Shown: positions 27,531-35,669 of the stretch, piece after piece
How the letters are laid out: every line of letters starts with the position of its first letter
Numbering within the stretch: position 1 is the stretch's first letter
From: Candidatus Poribacteria bacterium
GTDB taxonomy: Bacteria > Poribacteria > WGA-4E > WGA-3G
DNA: 64,000 bases
Direction: 5' to 3'
NCBI GenBank assembly: GCA_965209095.1
Contig: OZ242381.1
Coordinates: 6,141-70,140, forward strand
The notes under the pieces: model-generated
What the model was told of the DNA's origin: nothing
Databases searched by the model: none
What the model saw: the letters and a program-made list of their open reading frames with translations, nothing else
Program-made: the position numbers and the translations under genes

Positions 27531-28568
27531 CTATAAATGTTCTTTGAGAGAAGCCATTAATCCATCTGGTGGATCAAACGGCAAATCAATAATCTGATTG
27601 GTTATTCCACTGTAGTAAATACCCAATAACAGATTAAATTCTGCGAGCGATTGTTTTAGGTGAGTTGGGTGCTCGTTCTTTTCATCGTCAAGCCAATCGA
27701 AAGCAGCTTCAGTGAGATTACCTTGAGCTTCAATGTCCTGCTCACCATAGTTGAGTGGACCACCTTCATAGCCGCCATCATGTGTTGAACGTTCCCAACT
27801 ACTGAACCGCCAATGCACAAAACCTTTTGTGCCGACTACAAAAACACGTTTATGTGTTACTGTGCCGCCAGTCTCTGATGCTAACGTACCCATACCTGTT
27901 CCAAATGCAAGAGAAACATGTAGACCATTTTCATAAATAGCTTGTCCAGCAGCATGCATCGGTGAAGGTTGTGCTGAATCCAGCTGCTCTTTCCCTGCGA
28001 TTTGTCCTAATACCTTTACTGGTCGCGAGTTGTCTATATATGATGATACCAACTGCAAAACGTGTGGTGCTTGGTCAACAGGCGTACTACGTGCACTTGC
28101 ATCAATAAACTTGATTTCACCGATTTTTCCATCTGCGACATCCCGTTTCAACTCAAGGTTTTTGGGATGGAAGTTAAGCTGCGTGTTAACAATGAATTTC
28201 GTAGAGGTCTCTTCTGCCAAACCTGCAATCTGCTTCCAGTCTTCGCTTTCAACAGCAATCGGTTTCTCAACAATTGCAGCAGGAACATTATGATCAGATG
28301 CTTGCTTCATTAATGGATAGCGTATACGTTGGTTGGTCCCCCGTAAAACCGGAGCGGTGACAATGTGAAGTAGGTCTGGTTTTTCCTTCTCCAACATTTC
28401 ATCTAAATCTGTGTAACGGGATGAGACACCAAAATCCTCACCGAATTTATTGAGTAACTCTTCGTTCATATCACAGATTGCACCGATTTTGCCACCTTTC
28501 ACAAATCGGTATGCACTTGCATGAGCACGTGCCCTACCACCACAACCTAAAAACGCACTTTTATACAT
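27531..28568 (-). CDS. Gfo/Idh/MocA family NAD(P)-dependent oxidoreductase, tandem paralog 1 of 4
   Basis: 345 aa. GCGGRARAHA Rossmann motif, EKP catalytic region. About 80% identical to the copies at 28860, 30145 and 31308. Confidence 0.8.
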   Translation of the reverse strand: MYKSAFLGCGGRARAHASAYRFVKGGKIGAICDMNEELLNKFGEDFGVSSRYTDLDEMLEKEKPDLLHIVTAPVLRGTNQRIRYPLMKQASDHNVPAAIVEKPIAVESEDWKQIAGLAEETSTKFIVNTQLNFHPKNLELKRDVADGKIGEIKFIDASARSTPVDQAPHVLQLVSSYIDNSRPVKVLGQIAGKEQLDSAQPSPMHAAGQAIYENGLHVSLAFGTGMGTLASETGGTVTHKRVFVVGTKGFVHWRFSSWERSTHDGGYEGGPLNYGEQDIEAQGNLTEAAFDWLDDEKNEHPTHLKQSLAEFNLLLGIYYSGITNQIIDLPFDPPDGLMASLKEHL

Positions 28569-28699
28569 AGAAATATCTCCTTATACAATTTAACGCCATG
28601 TGCCGGATATAGTGTCTACACAAGGCAATAATAATTAACAGTAGTTGCGAATATAACCGCTGTTACCGTGTATTCAATTTATTGAAACATAGTCAAGTA

Positions 28700-29738
28700 G
28701 ATTACAATTTCTCCCTAAGTAAATCAATTAATCCGTCAGGTGGATCAAAAGGTAGATCAATAATTTCATTCGTAACACCGCTGTAATAGATCCCTAAGAG
28801 CAGATTGAATTCTGCAAGAGATTGCTTTAGATGTGTAGGATGCTGTTTTTGCTCATCGTCTAACCAATCAAAACAGCTTCAGTAAGGTTTCCTTGTGCTT
28901 TAACATCTTGTTCTCCATAGTTGAGCGGTCCACCTTCGTAGCCGCCTTCTCGGGTTGAACGTTCCCAACTATTGAACCGCCAATGCACATATCCGTCTGT
29001 GCCAACAACAAAGACGCGTTTAATAAAGAAAGCCTTCGGATCATCGGAGCCAAAGGGTGCGATGGCTGTCCCAAATGCGAAAGAGACATGCAGTCCATTC
29101 TCATACTGAACTCGCGCAGCAGCATATTCTGGAGATGGCTGCGCAGAATCCAAATGTGCACCTCCAGAAATTTGCCCTAATACACGGACCGGATGCGAAT
29201 TGTCAATATAAGATGAAACTAACTGAAGGACATGTGGACCCTGATCTACAGGTGTGCTGAGAGCGGTTGCATCAATAAACTTGATTTCACCGATTTTACC
29301 TTCTGCTACGTCCTGCTTCAGTTCAAGGTTTTGCGGATGAAAGTTGAGCTGCGTGTTGACAACAAACTTTGTTTTCGTCTCTTCTGCCAAGCCAGCAATC
29401 TGTTTCCAGTCCTCACTTTCAACGGCAATCGGTTTCTCTACAATTGCTGCTGGCACGCCGTGATCTGATGCCTGCTTCATCAACGGATAGCGGATACGTT
29501 GATTGGTGCCACGCAATACAGGAGCAGTGACAATATGGAGCAGATCAGGTTTTTCTTTCTCCAACATCTCGTCTAAATCTGTATAACGCGAAGAAATATT
29601 GAAATCATCACCGAACCGATTTAGCAGTTCTTCATTCATATCACAGATGGCAGCTATCTTGCCATTTTGGACGAAACGGTATGCATCTGCATGAGCACGT
29701 GCGCGACCACCACACCCTAAAAATGCACTTTTATACAT
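28700..29738 (-). pseudogene. Gfo/Idh/MocA paralog 2, frameshifted near the C-terminus (1-nt loss at about 28885)
   Basis: The ORF stops after ...LTEAVLIG. The downstream DNA still encodes ...DPPDGLIDLLREKL in another frame. Comparison with paralog 1 (agccaatcgaaagcagc versus aaccaatcaaaacagc) shows a single-base loss. Confidence 0.6.
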
Positions 29739-29789
29739 ATAAATTTACTCCTGAATGTGTAATTACACTATTGAAATAGATTATTCTTA

Positions 29790-30055
29790 AATTCTCAGTT
29801 TGTAATGACTAAGTATTGGTTTTTGAAGTGCTTGATTGAATTCCTCAGAACTTTCAACTTGAAATGCTTTAGTCAATAACTTCTTAAGAAGTTGTAGATC
29901 GTCAATAGTGTCTAATTTTGACTTGAAAGATTGTGATGCGTCAATTCCTAATCGAAGTGAAAGTGCTTTAAGTATATGTATTCGTGTAGATCTTACTTGT
30001 ACGAAGTTCTTGAGCTAGTTCTTCAACAATTTCTACAATTGGAGGTTGTAACATG
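29790..30055 (-). pseudogene. degraded second copy of the small DUF4351-like ORF
   Basis: The DNA is similar to 27134-27400 (compare tacaattggaggttgtaacatggtttcc with tacaatttgaggctgtaacatggtttcc) but has no intact ORF. Confidence 0.4.
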
Positions 30056-30144
30056 GTTTCCTTTCCAATGATATTTATTATCGCCAGTTGGGTTTTTCAA
30101 ATTATATCATGTGTATGTATTATTTTCCAATTTGGTTTTTCAGT

Positions 30145-31182
30145 TTACAATTTATCTTTGAGTAAATCAATCAACCCATCTGGTGGTTCGAAAGGTAGGT
30201 CAATGATCTGATTGGTTATACCACTATAGTACATTCCTAATAACAGGTTAAATTCTGCAAGGGATTGTTTTAGATGTGTTGGATGGATTTTGTTTTCATC
30301 GTCAAGCCAATCAAAGACTGCATCCGTTAGATTGCCCTGTGCTTGAACATCTTGATCAGGATAACTCAGGCGCCCCGTTTCATAACCACTGTTTTGTGTA
30401 AAACGTTCCCAATTGCTGAACCGCCAATGCACATAACCTTTTGTTCCTACAACAAAGACCCGTTTATGTCTGAAATTCGCGGGTCTATTTGACACTTTTG
30501 CACCCATTCCCGTTCCAAAAGCAAGGGATACATGTAAGTCATTTTCATACAGGACATGTGCTGCTGCATGCAAAGGTGATGGTTCATCAGAATTCAAACG
30601 ATCTCTACCTGAAATTTGCCCAAGTACACTCACAGGACGAGCGTTATCAATATAGGAAGATACCAATTGAAGTACGTGTGGTCCTTGGTTGACTGCTGTA
30701 TTGCGTGCACTTGCATCAATGAATTTAATTTCACCAATTTTTCCATCTGCAACATCTTTCTTCAGTTGGATATTTTGTGGGTGAAAGTTAAGCTGCGTGT
30801 TCACGACAAATTTTGTATTAGTGTCATCAGATAATCCGGCAATCTGTTTCCAGTCATCGCTATCAACAGCAATCGGCTTTTCGACGATTGCTGCAGGCAC
30901 TCCGTGGTCAGATACCTGTTTCATCAACGGATAGCGGATGCGTTGATTAGTTCCGCGCAACAGTGGGGCTGTAACAATATGAAGCAGATCTGGTTTTTCC
31001 TTTTCAAGCATCTCATCTAAATCCGTATATCGAGAAGAGATATCGAAGCGATCTCCAAAGTCATTGAGTCGTTCTTCGTTCATATCACAAATAGCTGCGA
31101 GTTTTCCTTGTTTAACAAAACGATAAGCACCTGCATGTCCACGCGCACGACCTCCACAGCCTAATATTGCGCTTTTATACAT
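30145..31182 (-). CDS. Gfo/Idh/MocA family oxidoreductase, tandem paralog 3
   Basis: 345 aa, collinear with paralogs 1 and 4. Confidence 0.8.
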   Translation of the reverse strand: MYKSAILGCGGRARGHAGAYRFVKQGKLAAICDMNEERLNDFGDRFDISSRYTDLDEMLEKEKPDLLHIVTAPLLRGTNQRIRYPLMKQVSDHGVPAAIVEKPIAVDSDDWKQIAGLSDDTNTKFVVNTQLNFHPQNIQLKKDVADGKIGEIKFIDASARNTAVNQGPHVLQLVSSYIDNARPVSVLGQISGRDRLNSDEPSPLHAAAHVLYENDLHVSLAFGTGMGAKVSNRPANFRHKRVFVVGTKGYVHWRFSNWERFTQNSGYETGRLSYPDQDVQAQGNLTDAVFDWLDDENKIHPTHLKQSLAEFNLLLGMYYSGITNQIIDLPFEPPDGLIDLLKDKL

Positions 31183-31307
31183 AGATGTGTCTCCTCAGCA
31201 TTCTATTCTGCACATACATAATGTCCTACACATATATTAAGTAGCGGTAGAGGCAAACAAGTTCGCTGCTACCGCTAATTCCAATCTATTTGAAATATCA
31301 AATAGTA

Positions 31308-32345
31308 CTACAATTGCTCTCTAAGAGAATCAAATAAACCATCAGGTGGATCAAACGGTAGATCAATCATGTTCTTGGTAACACCGCTCTGATACATACC
31401 TAAGAGTAGATTGAATTCTGCGAGTGATTGCTTAAGATGTGTAGGATGCTGATTCTTCTCATCGTCAAGCCAATCAAAGACTGCTTCAGTTAGGTTACCT
31501 TGTGCCTCAACATCTTGTTCACCATAGTTGAGTGGTCCGCCCTCATATCCGCCATCCTGTGTTGAACGTTCCCAACTACTAAAACGCCAATGGACAAACC
31601 CTTTGGTGCCAACAACAAAAACGCGTTTATGACAGTATATTCCTTGATTATCAGATGCCATAGTCCCCATGCCCTGTCCAAATGCAACAGATACGTGTAA
31701 TCCATTTTCATATAACACTTGTGCTGCAGCATGCATTGGAGAAGGTTGAGCAGAATCCAAATGATCTCTCCCCGCGATTTGACCTAATACCCGTACTGGA
31801 CGAGAATTGTCAATATAAGATGATACTAACTGCAGCACATGTGGACCTTGATCTACAGGTGTGCTTCGTGCACTTGCGTCAATAAACTTTATCTCACCTA
31901 TCTTTCCATCTGCTACATCGCGTTTTAACTCAAGGTTTTTTGGATGGAAGTTGAGTTGTGTGTTGACGACAAACTTGGTTTTCGTCTCTTCTGCCAATCC
32001 AGCAATCTGTTTCCAATCTTCGCTTTCAACAGCAATCGGTTTTTCTACGATTGCGGCAGGTACACCGTGGTCAGATGCTTGTTTCATCAACGGATAGCGA
32101 ATACGTTCATTGGAACCGCGCAGCACAGGTGCAGTGACTATGTGGAGAAGATCCGGTTTCTCTTTGTTGAGCATCTCATCTAAATCGGTGTACCGTGATG
32201 AGATTTCAAATCTATCACCGAAACCATTGAGGCGTTCCTCGTTCATATCACAGATAGCTGCGAGTTTTCCATTTTTAACAAAGCGATAGGCACTTGCGTG
32301 TCCACCTGCGCGGCCGCCGCACCCTAACATTGCACTTTTATACAT
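31308..32345 (-). CDS. Gfo/Idh/MocA family oxidoreductase, tandem paralog 4
   Basis: 345 aa, collinear with paralogs 1 and 3. Confidence 0.8.
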   Translation of the reverse strand: MYKSAMLGCGGRAGGHASAYRFVKNGKLAAICDMNEERLNGFGDRFEISSRYTDLDEMLNKEKPDLLHIVTAPVLRGSNERIRYPLMKQASDHGVPAAIVEKPIAVESEDWKQIAGLAEETKTKFVVNTQLNFHPKNLELKRDVADGKIGEIKFIDASARSTPVDQGPHVLQLVSSYIDNSRPVRVLGQIAGRDHLDSAQPSPMHAAAQVLYENGLHVSVAFGQGMGTMASDNQGIYCHKRVFVVGTKGFVHWRFSSWERSTQDGGYEGGPLNYGEQDVEAQGNLTEAVFDWLDDEKNQHPTHLKQSLAEFNLLLGMYQSGVTKNMIDLPFDPPDGLFDSLREQL

Positions 32346-32407
32346 ATAATGTCTCCTTAGTTAGACAATTAAATTTTGAAATAGATTATCAGAATAGAGG
32401 GTTTTTG

Positions 32408-33457
32408 TCAAATGAGAACTTTCTCACCACTTTTTGCACTATCGTAAAGTGCATCCAGTATTTGCATAAAAGTAAAGGCATTAGAAACGTCTACATCAGG
32501 AGCGACTTCACCAGCTATTGCCATTGCAAAATGATTGAGTTCGTAAAAGAAAACAGGGGCATCGGATGGCACTTCTCCGTGATCAATTTCGTTGGGTTCT
32601 GCTATCGATTCTCGGATAAATTCACCATCTTTAAAACGTGAGATACCACCGTTTGTGATTGCTCCTGTTGTTCCATATAGTTCCACAACGCTCCCAGAAT
32701 CTGAATGACTCATACGTGAACAGTCAATTTGAATGGTATTTCCACCTTCACATCCGAGTATACCTGTGAAATAGTCCTCTGCCGCGCCTTCTGGACCTTC
32801 ATATTGTGGATATAGCACATGTTTTGAAGCATACGCCCACAATGGTTTCGGACATCCCATCCACCACCATGTCAGGTTGAGTTCATGTGAATAGTGCTGT
32901 CCTAATGAACCACCTTTCTGCCCATAAACATGTAACCATCGGCTGTTGGCATCAAGGGCAGGAATAGCGTTGAATTTTCCAAACACGCGGGCGTGAAATG
33001 GTTCTCCGATTGCCCCATTTTGGACAGCGCGCCGAATTTGGCGGTTATGCGGAAAGTGTCGCATAAAATAACAGAATTGGAGCGTTTTGCCGGACTGTTG
33101 TGCTGCTGTTTCCATCTCTAATATTTCTGGTGCGCGGATTGCATGCGGTTTTTGGACTAAGACATGCTTACCTGCATTGAGAGTATCCAACACTTGTTGG
33201 AGTCTACCATCAGGCGATGTAGCAAGGTAGACAGCATCAACGGCAGGATTGTCGAGAAGTTGTTGATAATCATCGTAGCGATGTTCAACAGCGTTGTCAT
33301 CGCCTGCCTGTTGTTGACGGGTTTCGTCCTTCTCTGCAATTGCAATCACATTCAGTCGTGAGGTAGCATTTGCAGATTCAATAGCTCTGCAACCTGCCCA
33401 TCCACAACCTACAACACCAAGTTGGATTACTTCGTTATTCATGTTTATATACCTCAA
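32408..33457 (-). CDS. Gfo/Idh/MocA family oxidoreductase (distinct subfamily)
   Basis: 349 aa. LGVVGCGWAG Rossmann motif, QKPHA (EKP-like) motif. Confidence 0.75.
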   Translation of the reverse strand: MRYINMNNEVIQLGVVGCGWAGCRAIESANATSRLNVIAIAEKDETRQQQAGDDNAVEHRYDDYQQLLDNPAVDAVYLATSPDGRLQQVLDTLNAGKHVLVQKPHAIRAPEILEMETAAQQSGKTLQFCYFMRHFPHNRQIRRAVQNGAIGEPFHARVFGKFNAIPALDANSRWLHVYGQKGGSLGQHYSHELNLTWWWMGCPKPLWAYASKHVLYPQYEGPEGAAEDYFTGILGCEGGNTIQIDCSRMSHSDSGSVVELYGTTGAITNGGISRFKDGEFIRESIAEPNEIDHGEVPSDAPVFFYELNHFAMAIAGEVAPDVDVSNAFTFMQILDALYDSAKSGEKVLI

Positions 33458-33471
33458 ATATGTAGATTATG

Positions 33472-33599
33472 CAGGACTTACGCATTCCCCTTGATAAGGG
33501 GTTAGGGGTAAAAAGTCGTTATTTCAATAATATTTTAGTGATTTAACCCCCTAAATCCCCCTTATCAAGGGGACTTTAAGAGAAACTGCGTAAGTCCTG
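33472..33599. repeat. repeat family B copy 1 (~128-bp MITE: 13-bp TIR caggacttacgca/tgcgtaagtcctg with internal ccccttgataagggg palindromes); TSD TTATG
   Basis: Fills the whole intergenic gap between 32408-33457 and 33600-34787. ttatg is found immediately on both flanks (33467-33471 and 33600-33604). Confidence 0.85.
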
Positions 33600-34787
33600 T
33601 TATGGTTCAACAACTTTATAATGTTCAACTTCTCCATTTCGGATTGTCTGAATTGCAAGACTTTTGACCGGATGTCGATTTTCATCGTAATGAGATATGG
33701 TAGTAGCACCTTTGTAATCTTTTACTTCTGCAAAAGCATCTCGAACTGCAACCGGATCAAGCGAACCGGCAGTCTCAATTGCACGCGCTAAGAGTCGCAT
33801 CGCATCATAGCCGGAGGCTGCAATGCCATCTGGTGGACTGTCATACAAAGTCATATAATCTTGAACAAATTCTTGTACTTCTGCATCCTGTGTCGCAACA
33901 GAAAAATTGGTAGGATAATAACTCCCATCTAAAACCGAATTATCCTCTAATATACTGAGGAATCGTTCCCTGTCATCCCAGGCACTACCACCGAGAAATA
34001 TAGCGTCGATTTCAATTTCTCGCGCCGCGCCTATCAACATTGGGACTTCTGGTTGTGAACCGGGACAAAAGATTACATCTGGTTCTAAATTTTGAATTTT
34101 TGTTAGCAAATCAGTAAAAGAAGTCGCATCTGTTGCATAAGAACCGCTGTGAACGACTTCTCCACCAATAGCCTTGAATGCTGCCTCAAATGCTTGAACG
34201 AGATCAATTGAATAACTGTCTCCTTCTTCATAGATAGTTGCTGCAGTTGTTGCATTGAGTTCCTCTGGATTCATAGCGAAACTTGCCATCACCTTACCTT
34301 GAAAAGGGTTAGGGACTGTGATAAGAAAAACATGATCGCCTGTTTCTGGCACGTGTGATCCACTGGATCCAGGCAACATAAGTCTTTGGGCTTGTTGTGC
34401 AATTGGACCTACTTCTGTAGCCATTGTTGAACGGACGGGACCGAGTAAAGCAAATACGTTCTCCATTTCAATAAGTTCATTTGCAGCAGTGATGCTCATT
34501 TCTGATGTCGGTTCTTCCCCTTCCACAGGTTGATTATTTCGTGAAATAAATTCCACCTGCATGTTGAGGACTCCGCCATTATCATTTATCTGGACACGTG
34601 CAGTTTCTGCGCCTTGACTAAAGGTGGTGTAACTATGTGCCGGTTGGATTATCCCAATTTTTATGGTTGTATCCATTGTAGAAGTGGTATCGTCTATTAT
34701 TGTCTCAACTCTTTCGCATCCGAATAGTGATGCACTTAGGACTACCAATAGAAAAATCAATATTAAGTTATTCTTTGTTTTCTTCAT
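33600..34787 (-). CDS. ABC transporter substrate-binding lipoprotein (branched-chain amino acid/LivJ-like, Peripla_BP_6)
   Basis: 395 aa. Lipobox LFGC. Type I periplasmic binding fold pattern (KIGIIQP, ..LLGPVRS, ..IFCPGS). Confidence 0.65.
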   Translation of the reverse strand: MKKTKNNLILIFLLVVLSASLFGCERVETIIDDTTSTMDTTIKIGIIQPAHSYTTFSQGAETARVQINDNGGVLNMQVEFISRNNQPVEGEEPTSEMSITAANELIEMENVFALLGPVRSTMATEVGPIAQQAQRLMLPGSSGSHVPETGDHVFLITVPNPFQGKVMASFAMNPEELNATTAATIYEEGDSYSIDLVQAFEAAFKAIGGEVVHSGSYATDATSFTDLLTKIQNLEPDVIFCPGSQPEVPMLIGAAREIEIDAIFLGGSAWDDRERFLSILEDNSVLDGSYYPTNFSVATQDAEVQEFVQDYMTLYDSPPDGIAASGYDAMRLLARAIETAGSLDPVAVRDAFAEVKDYKGATTISHYDENRHPVKSLAIQTIRNGEVEHYKVVEP

Positions 34788-34920
34788 TCTGTGAAATTCC
34801 TTTCTGAGTAAAATGCTTGAAAAAAAGTAAGGTTAATGCAAACGTTTGAACATAACTATTTCTTTATATAAACAATAACAGATTACATTGAACTTGTCAA
34901 GAACTCAAAACTGCAAGAGA

Positions 34921-35030
34921 GGTGTGTAAAGTTTCTGGCACAAACATCCCATAAATGATTGTAGTGCGGGGTCTCCGTGCCCCGCCATCTTTCAATTTAC
35001 CAACATTGCGGGGCACGGAGACCCCGCTCT
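34921..35030. repeat. family A left TIR plus hairpin (ggtgtgtaaagtttctggcac ... ttgtagtgcggggtctccgtgccccgcc ... ggggcacggagaccccgctcta)
   Basis: Direct match to the A copies. The right arm is interrupted by the 140-bp tandem repeats that follow. Confidence 0.75.
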
Positions 35031-35310
35031 AGTGGACTGTCTACCGAAATTTTGCATGTAAAGGTCGCGATTCGGAGATCGCTCCTACCAATACCGCCTG
35101 CTCTTTGTAGGAGGGAACTCCGATTCCCGACTATTGCTGCTACTTACAATTTTAGACTGGACAGACTACTAGTGGACTGTCTACCGAAATTTTACATGTA
35201 AAGGTCGCGATTCGGAGATCGCTCCTACCAATACCGCCTGCTCTTTGTAGGAGGGAACTCCGATTCCCGACTATTGCTGCTACTTACAATTTTAGACTGG
35301 ACAGACTACT
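35031..35310. repeat. family D: two tandem copies of a 140-bp unit (agtggactgtctaccgaaatttt(g/a)catgtaaaggtcgcgattcggagatcgctcctacc...agactggacagactact)
   Basis: Copies at 35031-35170 and 35171-35310. A third copy begins (agtg) and is cut off by the family C hairpin. Confidence 0.85.
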
Positions 35311-35314
35311 AGTG

Positions 35315-35428
35315 CTTAGTCAACATCTATTTGATAGTTCAATTGTAGGTCGGGTAGAGGCACGAAACCCGCCAGGCTGACATTTATTATAGGTAAAGTC
35401 GGGTTTCGTGCCTCTACCCGACCTACAA
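35315..35428. repeat. family C hairpin copy 1 (cttagtcaacatct...tgtaggtcgggtagaggcacgaaacccg / cgggtttcgtgcctctacccgacctacaa)
   Basis: ~28-bp perfect stem. Second copy at 54819-54932, directly after the stop of the 51423-54806 gene. Confidence 0.8.
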
Positions 35429-35469
35429 GTTAGGCGTTGACACAGCATTAAAATAAGAAACAGTCTCAT

Positions 35470-35578
35470 CTGTGCAATAACTTTACATACCCAACTGCAA
35501 GGATATGTAAAGTTATTGGCACAGGGACGACTGTCGCTTATTGTAGTGCCAAATACTTTACATACCCCCATTGATTGG
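35470..35578. repeat. family A-derived TIR-only segments: a right TIR (ctttacataccc) abutting a ~75-bp mini-copy (atgtaaagttattggcac ... gtgccaaatactttacatacc)
   Basis: The TIR sequence is reused without the GC-rich hairpin. Confidence 0.55.
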
Positions 35579-35669
35579 TAACTTGACAAGAACATAATTG
35601 TCATATATTCTATAGGTATAGGTTAGTTATAAATCTGCAATACAATTAATCATAGGTTAGGTAAAAAAT

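Noticed and set aside
35320-35604. 94-aa ORF upstream of the giant LRR gene
   Set aside because: It lies wholly within the family C hairpin and family A TIR segments. Repeat-derived.
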